This document shows, one piece after another, positions 42,494 to 60,924 of a stretch of 64,000 nucleotides of DNA. The translations under genes and the position numbers were made by a program. The notes under the pieces were generated by a model, which worked only from the letters and a program-made list of their open reading frames with translations, did not search any database and was not told the DNA's origin. Every line of letters starts with the position of its first letter. The first letter of the stretch is position 1. The stretch comes from Dictyostelium discoideum (Eukaryota). The stretch is taken from the NCBI GenBank assembly GCA_000004695.1, contig CM000151.3, forward strand, positions 4,448,001-4,512,000, read 5' to 3'.

Positions 42494-43339
42494 ATGGAGA
42501 ATTATTTTAATAATTTAAAAGTATGTGATTGGGAAAGTATACATACAAAACAATGGTTATTGGATTTACAAAAAAGTATTAAAGTTGATAACCATGTTTT
42601 AGATATGATTGGTTCTTTAAATGGTAAATTTTTATTATCAATGGAAAAAGAAACTTTTAAATATTTCGACAAAATCAATGGTGAATTATTATATGATTCA
42701 ATTCAAAACTTTATACCATTCCATACCGAATATATCAAAGAAGCAAATTATTATAAAAAATTTAGTTTTAAAATGGTTGGATTCAATATAAAAAATATTA
42801 AAGAAAAGGGTCAAAATATTGATAAAATTAAAGAATTATATTTTAAATTAGTAAATTCAAAAAGTGGAGGAAAAAGAATAATTATAAGTGATAATAAATT
42901 AGACACAAAATCAATTGGTAAATATTTATATAACTTATATCAGACTGATAATAGACCAGTATTATATATAAATTGTAAAGGCGATTTCGAATGTACAAAT
43001 AAAAATCTTGAGAAATCTTTACAATCATTATCAACAATTGAAACAAATCAAAGATTAGCATTACCATCAGGTAAAAGATACCTTTCAAAATTAATTATTG
43101 GTTTATTAGAAAACAATATAAGTGTAATTTTAAATGAATTTCATCAATTAGATAATATACCAAATATGATGGGTTATTTTCAACAAGATTTCGATAGTAT
43201 AGGTGCATCAGTACAAAATGGTACTCTTTTTGTACTAAGCTCTGATGAAAAAAAGATGACCCATTTATTTTCAAGTGCAAGACCATTGTATATGAGAAAT
43301 TTTCTCGATCACAACATAATAAATCAAAACATTTTATAG
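42494..43339 (+). CDS. Hypothetical protein, 281 aa. The N-terminal ~70 residues resemble a SAM/Pointed-type domain (W..W..WL...L.....F...G..LL).
   Basis: MENYFNNLKVCDWESIHTKQWLLDLQKSIKVDNHVLDMIGSLNGKFLLSMEKETFKYFDKINGELLYDSIQNF.... A single ORF with a good ATG context (gaaggaATGg). Confidence 0.6.
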   Translation: MENYFNNLKVCDWESIHTKQWLLDLQKSIKVDNHVLDMIGSLNGKFLLSMEKETFKYFDKINGELLYDSIQNFIPFHTEYIKEANYYKKFSFKMVGFNIKNIKEKGQNIDKIKELYFKLVNSKSGGKRIIISDNKLDTKSIGKYLYNLYQTDNRPVLYINCKGDFECTNKNLEKSLQSLSTIETNQRLALPSGKRYLSKLIIGLLENNISVILNEFHQLDNIPNMMGYFQQDFDSIGASVQNGTLFVLSSDEKKMTHLFSSARPLYMRNFLDHNIINQNIL

Positions 43340-43672
43340 AATTTCATTTTCTAAAATTTCCATTGTGTCCAAACAACACGAGACCTACCTTCATGGTGGT
43401 TTTCAATATTTAATTATCTAAGATTTGGTGTTTTGGATTTGTATAGGGCGACATTATTTTTTTTATTTTTTTTTTATTTACTTTTCATAACAAGTTTTTT
43501 TTTTTTTTTTTTTTTTGGATATTGATATTTACAACACTAAATTTATTATAATAATGGAATTGAAATTTAATTATTAGAAAAAAAAAAAATAAATAAAACC
43601 AAAAAAGAAGATATTTAGATATTTATTTTCTTTCACTAAAAAATAAAAAAAAAAAATCTTTTTTTTTTTTTT

Positions 43673-43716
<44 letters not shown>

Positions 43717-43791
43717 GTTTAAGTAATTGTTTATAAATAAATACCAAAAGAAATCATTATTATTATTATTACTGATTTTTAAAAAAAAAAA

Positions 43792-45969
43792 ATGAATGAA
43801 GCAAATTGGAAATCATTGATTGAAAATTTATTACCAATTTATAATAAAAATGGAAATGATTGTAGTAAAATTAAAACAATGAGTTTGGGAAAGAGAATGA
43901 TTTCAAGAAATTATTTAAATCATTTATATAAAGAAAATGGTGATATTTTAGAAACTATTGAACAAGATCAAATCAAATCTAATCCATTTTTAAAGGATGA
44001 AATATCAAATCAAAAAATTATTTTTAAATTTCAACCCCAATTTCCATCAATGGAATTAACAATTTTAAATTTTGTTAAATTATTATTTAAAGATGTTGAT
44101 GATATTAATAATGATGGTGAATTATCAATTATACCATTCTCTGAATTTGGAATAATTAAATCAATGAAAAAAAATGAAAAAAACAATTATCATCAATTAT
44201 TACTACAATATCAACCAAAAACAAATAATGATGATATAACAACAACATTATTAAATGTTTTAAAAAGTGATGATAAAGATGAAAAATTAAAAAAATTAGA
44301 TTCTTATTGTTTTTCAAAATTAATAATAACAACTATTTTAACTAATCCTGCAAATGGTTGCTTTGAAAATTATTTATTTACACCAATGAAAAATGGTAAT
44401 TTTAAATTGGTTTCAATGAATAATGAATTATCATTTGTACCAGAATCAACACAAACTATTAAAACTGGTATATTTTCAAGTGAAATTTCATTTTGTGTAA
44501 ATACTTGTTTATTTATGTTAGAGCAAATGCATAACCCAATTGATAAAGAAATTATTAATAAATTGAAATCATTAGATGTTTTAACATTTTTAAAAGAATG
44601 GATATCATCAATTGGTGTAATTAATAAACAAATTAATAATTTAATTCATAAAGATGGTAATTGTGAAATTGGCAAAAAGAAACCATTCATTCATAGATCT
44701 GAAAATAATAAAACTTATCCATTAACTAAATTTCCAGAAGGTTCAATTAAATTATTATATTCAAAATTAATTAGATTAAAAGAAGTTTTAATTAAAGAAT
44801 CAACTTCATTATCATCAAAGAAACCAATTACATTTTGGAAACTTTTAACAATTTTAGAACCATTAATTTCAAACCGTATGTATTTAAATAGAACTTGTTA
44901 TACAACAAAAGTATCAGTTATTGAAAATTATAATTGGTATTTAAGAACTCAAGATATTTCAAGAAATCATGAACCAATGCCATTAATATCATCAAAAATT
45001 AAAGTTTCAAGGGGAATAAATAAAAAAAATAAAAATCAATATGGTTTAAAAGATTTAGAAGTAATTGATGAAGAAATTACATTTTATAAAAATATTTCAT
45101 CAAATACTATGGATGTTGATTTAAAAAATTTAAAATCAAAATTAACAACGACAGCATCATATCCTTTTCAACCAATTTCAATTTTATTTGAAGAATTTTT
45201 AAACGGTAAATCTAATTTTAATGAATCACTAAGCACTTCACAAAAATCAATATTTTATGAACAAGTTTTGCCACTTTCAAAAGATTTAAGATATTTAAAA
45301 TTTTTAAATAATGAATATTTAACAAATAAATTATTAATATCTTCACAATTTTTAAATGGTTTAAAAAGATTGGAAATTTGTGATTGCAAAAATCTTAAAC
45401 AATTATCAAATGGTTCTGATGAATTAAAATTACCAACAGTTTCTAAAATGTTGGTTTCCAATTGCACAAATTTGAAAACAATTAATATTTTCACATTAAG
45501 TTTAAAAACATTAAATATTAAAAATTGTGAAAATCTTAAAGAATTTCAAGTTTATGCACCAGTTTTAGAGAAATTAAAATTACAATCAACATTGATAACT
45601 TCAAAATTATTATTAAAATTAGATGAATCAAAGTTTTTAAAATATATTAATTTTTCAAATTCAACAATTAATGGTGTTTCAAAATCAATTGATAGTTTAT
45701 CAAATTCAATTTGTTTAGATGTATGGGAGAATCTAATTGAATTTAAAGCAATTAATTTAAAATCACTTTCAAAAATTACAATTTCAAAAGAATTAAAACA
45801 TTTAAAACTTTTAGATTTTAATGGTTGTTCAACATTGGTTGATATTTTTAATTTTAAAAGAAATGGAAATGGTCTAGTTCCTTCTTTAGAAATTTTAAAT
45901 TTAAATGGCACAACACTTGAAGATAATGAAAAACAATTAATAATTTTTAATAATTTAAAAAATAAATAA
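43792..45969 (+). CDS. Leucine-rich-repeat protein, 725 aa, with an N-terminal domain of unknown function.
   Basis: The C-terminal third is built of L-x-x-L-x-L-x-x-C/N-x-x-L units (LKRLEICDCKNLKQLSNGSDELKLPTVSKMLVSNCTNLKTINIFTLSLKTLNIKNCENLKEFQVYAPVLEKLKLQST...). The ATG is preceded by an A-run. Confidence 0.7.
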   Translation: MNEANWKSLIENLLPIYNKNGNDCSKIKTMSLGKRMISRNYLNHLYKENGDILETIEQDQIKSNPFLKDEISNQKIIFKFQPQFPSMELTILNFVKLLFKDVDDINNDGELSIIPFSEFGIIKSMKKNEKNNYHQLLLQYQPKTNNDDITTTLLNVLKSDDKDEKLKKLDSYCFSKLIITTILTNPANGCFENYLFTPMKNGNFKLVSMNNELSFVPESTQTIKTGIFSSEISFCVNTCLFMLEQMHNPIDKEIINKLKSLDVLTFLKEWISSIGVINKQINNLIHKDGNCEIGKKKPFIHRSENNKTYPLTKFPEGSIKLLYSKLIRLKEVLIKESTSLSSKKPITFWKLLTILEPLISNRMYLNRTCYTTKVSVIENYNWYLRTQDISRNHEPMPLISSKIKVSRGINKKNKNQYGLKDLEVIDEEITFYKNISSNTMDVDLKNLKSKLTTTASYPFQPISILFEEFLNGKSNFNESLSTSQKSIFYEQVLPLSKDLRYLKFLNNEYLTNKLLISSQFLNGLKRLEICDCKNLKQLSNGSDELKLPTVSKMLVSNCTNLKTINIFTLSLKTLNIKNCENLKEFQVYAPVLEKLKLQSTLITSKLLLKLDESKFLKYINFSNSTINGVSKSIDSLSNSICLDVWENLIEFKAINLKSLSKITISKELKHLKLLDFNGCSTLVDIFNFKRNGNGLVPSLEILNLNGTTLEDNEKQLIIFNNLKNK

Positions 45970-46013
45970 ATTATTTTATTTTTATTTTTATCTTTTTTAT
46001 TTTTATTTTATTT

Positions 46014-46496
46014 TTATGGATGAATTGAAGTCCAACCATCACCAAGTCTAAGAATGATTTCACCATTACCAGATGGTACTGGATTAACACCTGGGAATAA
46101 ATCATTTAAATTTAAATGATATGCATTGATTGTATTATTACATAATACAAAAACACAACCTGAATTTTGTAAACTTGTTAACATTGGTTGAAATTCTGGA
46201 TTTGAATTTAAATAAACATTATAACCTTTTCCAAATGCAACTAAAATTATCTCTAATCTATTAATTAATCTTGGATCTCTATAAGCATTATAGATATTTA
46301 TGAGTGTTGAATTAATTAAACCAAAATCATTAGTATCTAAAATGTACATTGTTTTATAGAGACTATGAATTGGTTTTGCTGGTTCAAATTTAACATCATT
46401 AACGACATTGATTGAATTTGTATTAATTATTGATGTTGATTTTGAAACATAAATTAATCCTAATATTAATATTAATAATAAAATTGTTGATTTCAT
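46014..46496 (-). CDS. Secreted DsrE/DsrF-like (YchN-fold) small protein, 160 aa, with an N-terminal signal peptide.
   Basis: MKSTILLLILILGLIYVSKS is a signal peptide. The core RLEIILVAFGKGYNVYLNSNPEFQPMLTSLQNSGCVFVLCNNTINAYHLNLNDLFPGVNPVPSGNGEIILRLGDGWTSI matches the DsrE/DsrF/YchN pattern (vv.F.GdGV.ll...l..l...Gv.f.vC.nsl...gl.....pGv..V.sg..el..l...Gw..I), including the conserved Cys. This is a motif-level resemblance only. Confidence 0.6.
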   Translation of the reverse strand: MKSTILLLILILGLIYVSKSTSIINTNSINVVNDVKFEPAKPIHSLYKTMYILDTNDFGLINSTLINIYNAYRDPRLINRLEIILVAFGKGYNVYLNSNPEFQPMLTSLQNSGCVFVLCNNTINAYHLNLNDLFPGVNPVPSGNGEIILRLGDGWTSIHP

Positions 46497-46957
46497 TTTT
46501 TTTTTTTTTTTTTCTTTTTTTTTTTTTTTTAATATTATTAGCTTTTAATTTTAGTTTTAAATAAAAAAAAAAAAATAAATAAAGTAATATATCGAAATTA
46601 TTTGTGGTTATACTATAAAATAAAAAATTGAAAAATAAAAAAAATTTCTGTTTAAAAAAAAAAAAAATAAAAAAATAAAAATAAAAAAAAAAATAAAAAA
46701 AAAATAAAAAAATATCATTGGATAGTTCCAAAGAATGAAACGTATTCCAAATTCTTTTTTTAATAATATAAAAAAAAACTAAAATAATAACACAAGATAC
46801 AAAAAAATAAGGTTGGTTGGAAAAATTTCACCACTCAAGTTGTGAAAAGTAATTTTATCTTTTTTTTTTTTTTGTAAAAAAAGAAATGTAAGAATTAGAA
46901 AAAAAAAAATAAAAAAAAATAATTAAAGAAAAAGAAATGGTTTTTTTTTTTTTTTAC

Positions 46958-48487
<1,530 letters not shown>

Positions 48488-48720
48488 TTTTTTTTTTTTT
48501 TTTCAAAATATCTCCGAACCATCTATTCATATAAAATAAGTAAAAAAAAAAAAAAAAATAAAAAAACTAAAAAAGATATTTTTGGTAAAAGATAATTCAA
48601 TATTTTAATTTTTTTATTTATTTTTTTTACTTATTTTATTTGGATGTTAAAATATTTTACCATTTTTTTTTTTTTTTTTTACTTTTTTATTTTTTAATAT
48701 TGATTTAATATTAATAAAAA

Positions 48721-50102
48721 TTAATAATTCTCATATGGAGAAGGTAATGGAAATAAAGATTCAAAAAAATTTGATATATCATTAATGATTTGATTATTTA
48801 AATAATGACTTTGAGAGTTTGGAAAAGTTTCAAATTTAAATAAATCATTTAAACAAATTGTTTTATAATGTTCTTGATTTTCAATTACAATATTTAAAGC
48901 TTCTTTATAATTTTCATTTGTTAATGCAAAGTATTGATTATTTAATTTCATATTTTTAAATTTCCTTGAATACTTCTTAACAAATTGATTATACACAAAT
49001 GGAATTTGAATATCATTTGAATTTCTGAATTTATTACTAGACGTAATTGAAAGTTCATTCTTTAAATCAAAACTTAATATTGACCAAATCTCTTTATTGA
49101 ATACTTGAATACCATGTTGTGCATTAAATCTTGACTTTGTTGAATTCCCAACTCTATCCAACACCCTATTGGTATTGACTAAAGTTTGAGTCCAAACATC
49201 TTTTCTTGATATATTCGGTGTCCAACTTGACACAATTTCATTAGTTTCAAATAAATTATGATAATATTCATTATCAAAGAAATCATCAATTTCAACTTTT
49301 TCTCTAAAAAATAAATCATCATTTGAATATAAAAAACAATTTGAAACTTGGTTTGGTAAATTCCAAAAATTCGATTCAATTGAATTCGAATTAAATGTTG
49401 GTAAATCTTTTCTAAAAAATAAAAAATTATTAATTATAAATTATAAATTATTAAAAAAAAAAAAAAAAAAAAAAAATATAAAAAAAAAAAAAGATTTACT
49501 TACTTATTTTTATAAAATTTTTCATGAAATATAAATTTAACATTATCACTATTTGATTGATTAAACCATGAAGGTATTTGATTAGCAGTTATTATATAAA
49601 TTTTATTTATCCATGGTGCATATTTTCTTACACTTCTTAATGAATATTTTAAACTACCATAATCTCTAAATCTTTGTGATTCCTCTTCATTATCATAATT
49701 TTCTTCTTCTTCTTCATCTTCTTCTTCATCTTGTTGTTTTAATTTTTTTAATTTTTCATTTTTTTGAATTTTTTCTAAATTATGATAATAAATTCTACTT
49801 TCAATATGTTTTAGATCTGAGCCGTTGACCCATGTATATATTAAATCAATATCTTCACAATATCTACTTTCTTTGAGACTATCCAAAACAGGTGTCCTAC
49901 TTTTAATTATAATTGATTTGGTTAAATCTTCATCAAATTCGTGATGATGTTGATGATGTTGTTGTTCTAATAGCTTTTTATTAAACTTTAATTTATTTTC
50001 ATTCATTAACAAATAAAAACTAAATAATACAAATAATGATAAAATAAATAAATAAACATATGAAATTTTATTTTTACAATATGTCAATTTTTTGGATATC
50101 AT
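48721..50102 (-). CDS. Stealth-family protein (GlcNAc-1-phosphotransferase / capsule phosphotransferase-like), ~429 aa, type-II membrane topology, two exons: 49504..50102 and 48721..49411. The intron is 49412..49503 (GTAAGT...TTTTAG, phase 2).
   Basis: Exon 1 holds MISKKLTYCKNKISYVYLFILSLFVLFSFYLL (a signal-anchor), then CR1 DIDLIYTWVNGSD, then CR2 RFRDYGSLKYSLRSVRKYAPWINKIYIITANQIPSWF. The splice continues KDLPTFNSNSIESNFWNLPNQVSNCFLYSNDDLFF (the Stealth LPTFNS/NDD block). CR3/CR4 follow: VNTNRVLDRVGNSTKSRFNAQHG ... FRNSNDIQIPFVYNQF. Track ORFs 49500..50102 and 48721..49233 are the two exon cores. ORF 49179..49379 is an out-of-frame artefact. Confidence 0.8.
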
Positions 50103-50181
50103 CTTTTTTTTTTTAATTTTTTAAAAAGATTTATTTACAAAACTACTATATTTGTATTTATTATTATTATTATTATTATAG

Positions 50182-50214
<33 letters not shown>

Positions 50215-50817
50215 CCTTTTCCTTTTTTTTTTTTTTTTATTTTATTATTTTTTTTGAATTGTTTATATTTCTTTAAATTGTTTATTTTCCTTTTTCTTAT
50301 TATTTTACCTTTTTTTTATTTTTTTATATTTTTGTTTATTTTTTTTTTATTTTATTTTTTTTTTCCATTTATGGCACAAATGGCAAAGGTTGGAATATTC
50401 CATTTTTAAATATTTTTTGACCACATCATATCTTCAATTCCAAATATCTTTATTTAATTTTTTAAAACAAAAAATATTTTATACTCTGAAATCAAACATT
50501 GGTATGGATTTCCTAGCAACTACAAAGACAAAGAAAAAAACTAAAGTTTTTTTTTTTTTTTTTTTTTTTATAAAAAATATACCAATTTTTTAAATGTCTA
50601 TTTTATTAAAAATTTATTCCCTCTTGTAGTTTTTCGAAATAAAAAACAATTACAAATTAAAAATTAATGATTAATTAATATATTGAAATTAAAAAAAAAA
50701 ATAAAAAAAAATTTTAAAAAATAAAACAATTAAAATCATTTTTTTCTTATATAATTTTGTGTATTTTTGAGTGCTCTATTTATCTATACTAAAATTCATA
50801 ATAAAAATAAATCATTG

Positions 50818-50860
<43 letters not shown>

Positions 50861-51239
50861 AATAAAAAATAATTTCAAAAAACAAACTATATTAAATCTC
50901 AAAAGTTACTGTTTGAAAACAAAACCATTTTTTTTTTTTTTTATTTTTTTTTCTAAATACTACTTACTATATAAATATTTCTAAAAATGTAAAAAATGTG
51001 TTTTTTTTATTTTTTTTAATTTTTCTTTTTTTTTTTTTTTTACGCTTTCCATCCCCAATTTTTTTTTTTTATTTTTTTTTTTATTTTCGTCAAAAAATAA
51101 TTAAGATAAAGATTAACACACCATGTTTAATATTTGAATAATGTAAACAAAAAAAAAAAAAATAAAAAATAAAAAAAAAAACCTATTCTAATATCTTTTT
51201 AATATTATTTTTTAAAGGTTAAATAACATATTAGAATTA

Positions 51240-56150
<4,911 letters not shown>

Positions 56151-57146
56151 ACTCTCAATAAATTGTTCCTTTGTAAATATTTGATTTTTAATATTATTTT
56201 TATTTTATTTTTATTTTTATTTTTTATTTTTTATTTTTTTTTGTTTTCCCAAAGGGATAGGACCTTTACTTTGGGTAATTAATTTATATGTTGTATTTTT
56301 TATTTGTATAATATGTTATCATTTTTATATTTGCAACTATTAAATGAATTATAACAGTGTTTTTTTTTTTTTATTGGGACCATCTAAAAAATTTCAAAAC
56401 TCATACCAAGATAAGATTGGACTAGAAAAGAAGAATAGTTCATTAGTTGGTAATATCCAAAGATTTTTAATCTCTGGTGTTCACACATTAATGGCCATTT
56501 AAATGGTATTAATTATTATGCTTGATTCTTTCTAAAAAAAAAAATCAAACTCTTTTAAAGCAGATTTTTCAGTTTTAATCTTTTTATTTTTTTTGCTGGA
56601 TATTATTTGAAAAATGTAAATGCAATAATGGTACAATTATTTGAATTTTTTTTTTGTATTATATAATTATTTTTTTATTTTTCTTCAATTTTTTTTTTTT
56701 TTGTAATTACTTTTCAAATAAATAAAATAATAATTTAATCCAAAAAATAAAAATATAACATCTATTTCAAAACAAGAGTAGATAAAAAACTAAAAAAAGT
56801 ATGGACAAATTATTTAGTAGATAAAATTTCAAACACTGCTAAAAAGGAAAAAATGCATTGCGTCTGCAAAAGCCAAAACAATAAATTTATTAATTTAAAA
56901 AAAATAAAATATCTTTTTTTTTATTTTTATTTTTATTCCCATTTTTATTTTTAAAAAAAAAAAAAAAAATCAGTTTGAAAATGATTTTGAAAACTGGATG
57001 AAATTTGGAAAATAATAATATTCATTTTGATAGGTTGTGTTTACATGTAATTTGGTATTTTTATTTATTTTATGAAAAAACGAAAAAAAAAAAACGAAAA
57101 GAAAAAAACTAATAAATAATATGCACAATTTCATTTCTTCTAAAAT

Positions 57147-59593
57147 TTATTGTAAAGTTGGTGGTGGAGCACTGTAGGGATTATATTGATAAAAATTTTG
57201 GGGAAATTGTTGATGAATTTGAGGTTGCATTTGAGAGTTAATATTAATTGGACTTTGAATCCATCCATTATTGATGTTATTATTATTATTATTGTTGTTG
57301 TTGTGGTTATTTCCATTTATATCATGAATATTGGAACCATTATAGATTGGGAAAATGGGAGCCATTTGTTGAATTGGTGGTGGTGGAGGTGGTTGTGGAG
57401 TGTGATGAGGTAAATATTGTCTTTGGAAATCCATTTGATATTGCACATGTTGAATTGGTGGTGGTGGTGGTGGTGGAATTTGATGAGAATTTTGGTGTCG
57501 TAATATATTTCCCTCATTATTACCAAAACTATTTATATTATTACTATTCATATCCATATTTCCATTTCCATTTCCATTATTATTATTTATACCATTAATA
57601 TTACTGTTGTTATTATTGCTATTGTTATTATTTAAAAATGATTTGGGAATATGTCTAACATTACTATCATCACCGTCATTTGCCCTGTAAAATGGTGAAA
57701 ATACTATTTATATAAAAAAAAAAATTAGTATATTTTACTGAAAAAAAAAAAAAAAAAAAAATAAAATAAAAAAATGATAATATACATTTTCCAACAACTT
57801 GTTCAGTTTGTGAAGATTGAAAAGATTGTGGTGAAGAAGGTGAAGAAGGTGAATTTGATTTTGGTGATGATTGACTTGAAGTTGGAGTTGTATTAAAATT
57901 AGTTATTATTGTTGGTGGTTGTTTTTGTTGTGGCTGCTGTTGTGGCTGTTGTTGTAATTGTTGTTGTTGGGTAATCATTTCTTCATCTCCTTTTGTTGAA
58001 GATTTTGATTTTGTTTTTTTCGTTTTTTGTGTTTCTATTTGAAAAAAAAAAAAAAAAAATAGTTATTATTAATATAATGAACTTAATAATGATAATAAAA
58101 AAAAAAAACTTACTTTTTTCTTTATCATCTTGTTTGTTTTTATCTACATTATTTTTATTTGAATTATTTAAATTATCATCAATTAAATCTTGAAGTGATA
58201 AATCATGTATACTTCTTTTATTCTTTGTTTCTTGTTTTTGTCTTAGATAATATTTTTGTGCATGGCTTTGAATTTGAGTTGGAGTTCTTGTACCAACAAA
58301 TTGTGCAATCTCTTTCCATGCACCCTTACCATGGATTTGAATACCATTTAAAAATCTAATATGTTCCTCTTTTGTCCAACCTTGTTTTAAAGATGTTTTT
58401 TTACCTGTTGGATTTGTTTTGCCTCCACTGGTTGTTGTTGCTGTTGTTGTTGTGGTTGTCGTATTGTTAGTGTTGTTATTATTATTATTATTATTGTTAT
58501 TATTATTATTATTACTATTACTATTATTATTATTATTATTATTTATTATTGAAACTGTAATTGGAGTTGAAGTATTTGAATGAGTTGATGAAGTTGATGT
58601 GGTAGGTGAATTGAAAATTGGTGCAACAGGTGTTGATAAAGGTGTTGATAAAGGTGTTGATAATGGTGTTGATAATGGTGTTGACGAGGGTGTTACTACT
58701 GGTGTTGTAATTGGTGTTACAATTGGAGTAATGGTAGGTGTTTTACCATTAGAAGATGAAGTATCCATTGGATTCGATGTGTTTTCTATATTATCAGGTG
58801 AAACTGGTTTAGTATTATCTTGTGAATTATTTAAACTTGATGAAATTGGTGAAGATGTTACCATTACATTATTATTAGCAGATGCAAAATCTACATGATC
58901 ATTTGTATTAAAAACTACATCTGTCATCATTGTTGGTGAAGAGGTTGAATTTAAATTTGTATCTTGTTGCTCTGCTCCCTGTTGTTCAACCGCTGTTGTA
59001 GTTGTAGTTGTAGTAGTTGTAGTGTTTGATTCATTTGGTTGTTGTTCTTTTTGTTGTTGTTCTTGCTCCTCTTGTTGTTGTTGTTCTTTTTGTTGTTCTT
59101 TTTGTTGTTCCTTTTGTTGTTGATCTTTTTGTTGTTGTTGAAGATAAGAGTTTTGGAATGACAACAATGCCTCTTTTTGTTGTTGAGTTTGATTAAATGA
59201 ACCTAATGATGAGAATGAATTAAAAAATGATTGTCCAAAATTTTTATCAAATGAATCATTATTTCTATAGAAGAAAAAAAAAAAAAAAAAAAAAAAAGCG
59301 TTAATTTTTGTTTTTTTTGTAATTTGGATAAAAAAAAAAACTTACAAAATATTTAAATTTGAGTTTGAAGTTATGGAACTCGCTTGTTCATTGAATGCAT
59401 AATCTGGAGAAAATAAAGAACCAAATCCTCCATGAAATGAAGTTGAAGAAAGGAAATTAAATCCATTTGGTATTGAATTAAGATTACCATTACTTTTGAA
59501 TGGTGGAGAATTATTATTTAATAATGTACTTCCTCCGACATTGCTTGTATTTTTACTTGGTGATTCAATTTGGTTCTGTTGATTATTTGGCAT
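57147..59593 (-). CDS. Myb-like DNA-binding protein of the SHAQKYF class, ~734 aa, four exons: 59346..59593; 58114..59264; 57786..58034; 57147..57703. The introns are 59265..59345 (GTAAGT...TCTATAG, phase 2), 58035..58113 (GTAAGT...CAAATAG, phase 1) and 57704..57785 (GTATAT...AAATAG, phase 1).
   Basis: Exon 2 carries the single Myb repeat GWTKEEHIRFLNGIQIHGKGAWKEIAQFVGTRTPTQIQSHAQKYYLRQKQ with its SHAQKY signature. Exon 1 encodes MPNNQQNQIESPSKNTSNVGG...SNSNLNI. Exon 2 starts NNDSFDKNFGQSFF... and ends DKNKQDDKEK. Exons 3 and 4 are Gln/Pro/Asn-rich (putative activation region). Poly-Phe and poly-Lys segments in track ORFs 57983..59167 and 57676..57978 are intron read-through. The exon 3/4 junction is the least certain. 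Confidence 0.7.
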
Positions 59594-60107
59594 ATTTAAA
59601 TAAATAATTTTATACACCTATATATTATATTATATATATATATATAAATTTATATATGAATTTGAATGCTAATAATTATAATTATTTTTTGTGGTGGAAT
59701 TTTTGTTTTTTTTTTTTTTAATTTTTTTTTTTTTTTTATTTTATTTTAAAAAAAAAAATTATAATTATTTTTTAAAAAAAAAAAAAAAAACTTATTTGGT
59801 GTTTTGTAATAAAATAATTATATATTTATATTTAAATAATTTTTTTTTCTTTTTTTTTTTTTGTTTTTGTTTTTTTATTTTTTTTTTTTTTAAAAATAAA
59901 TTAAAATTAAAAAAAAAAAAAAAAATTGAAAAATAAAAAATTAAAATATAAAAAAAAAAAAAAAAAAAAGAAACAGAATTTAGTCCTTTTTTTTTCTTTT
60001 AATGTTTCTAGTTAGTTCCTTTTTAGTAAAGTTTCGATTATTTTATTTTTTTTGTTTTTTTTTTGGTGTGTTTATTTTTATATTTTTTATTAAAAAAAAA
60101 AGATATA

Positions 60108-60217
<110 letters not shown>

Positions 60218-60644
60218 AAAAATTTAGTTGCTTTTGAAAAAAAAAAAAAAAAAAAAAAAAAATTATATTTTAAATATTATATTTTAAGAATAGATTTGAA
60301 AAAAGTGGAAAAAATTTGAAATTAAAATTTTTTTTTTTTTTTTCTGAAAAAAAAAAATAAAAAAAAAAAAATAAAGGAAAAAAAAAAAAATAAAAATAAA
60401 AAAAAAAATTTTCGGTTGTTTTATTTAAATTATTTAATTTTTAATTTTTTTTTTTTTTTATTTTTTTTTTTTATTTTTTTTTATTTTTTTTGGAAATATA
60501 CAAATAAATTATTATTTGATATTGAACACCACTTTATCACCCCCTTAAAACCCCCACTCAATATTCACACATAAAACATTTAATTGAATTTTTGTTTTGA
60601 TGATACCAACTTAAGATCTATTATCTTTTCACCCACAATCCCCA

Positions 60645-60682
<38 letters not shown>

Positions 60683-60758
60683 AAATAAAATAAAAAATAA
60701 AAAATAAACTAAATTTTTTTTTTTTTTTTTTTCTTTCTCACCCCACTAAACTCAAACA

Positions 60759-60888
60759 ATGATTAGAAATTTAATTTTAAAATCTACAAAATCTCAAAAC
60801 CTTTCAAGATTTTATAAAACAAAAACTACAAATTTTAATAATATAACATTAACAACTAATAATAATAAAAAATGTATATTTTTTAAAG

Positions 60889-60924
<36 letters not shown>

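Noticed and set aside
49179-49379. 66-aa ORF between the two Stealth ORFs
   Set aside because: It is out of frame. The correct phase-2 splice puts this region in the Stealth LPTFNS...NDD frame as part of exon 2.
57186-58898. Plus-strand ORFs 57186..57413, 57347..57598, 57993..58193, 58159..58359 and 58599..58898, plus minus-strand ORF 57317..57526
   Set aside because: They are antisense or off-frame to the four-exon Myb gene. The poly-Lys and poly-Phe parts are intron read-through.
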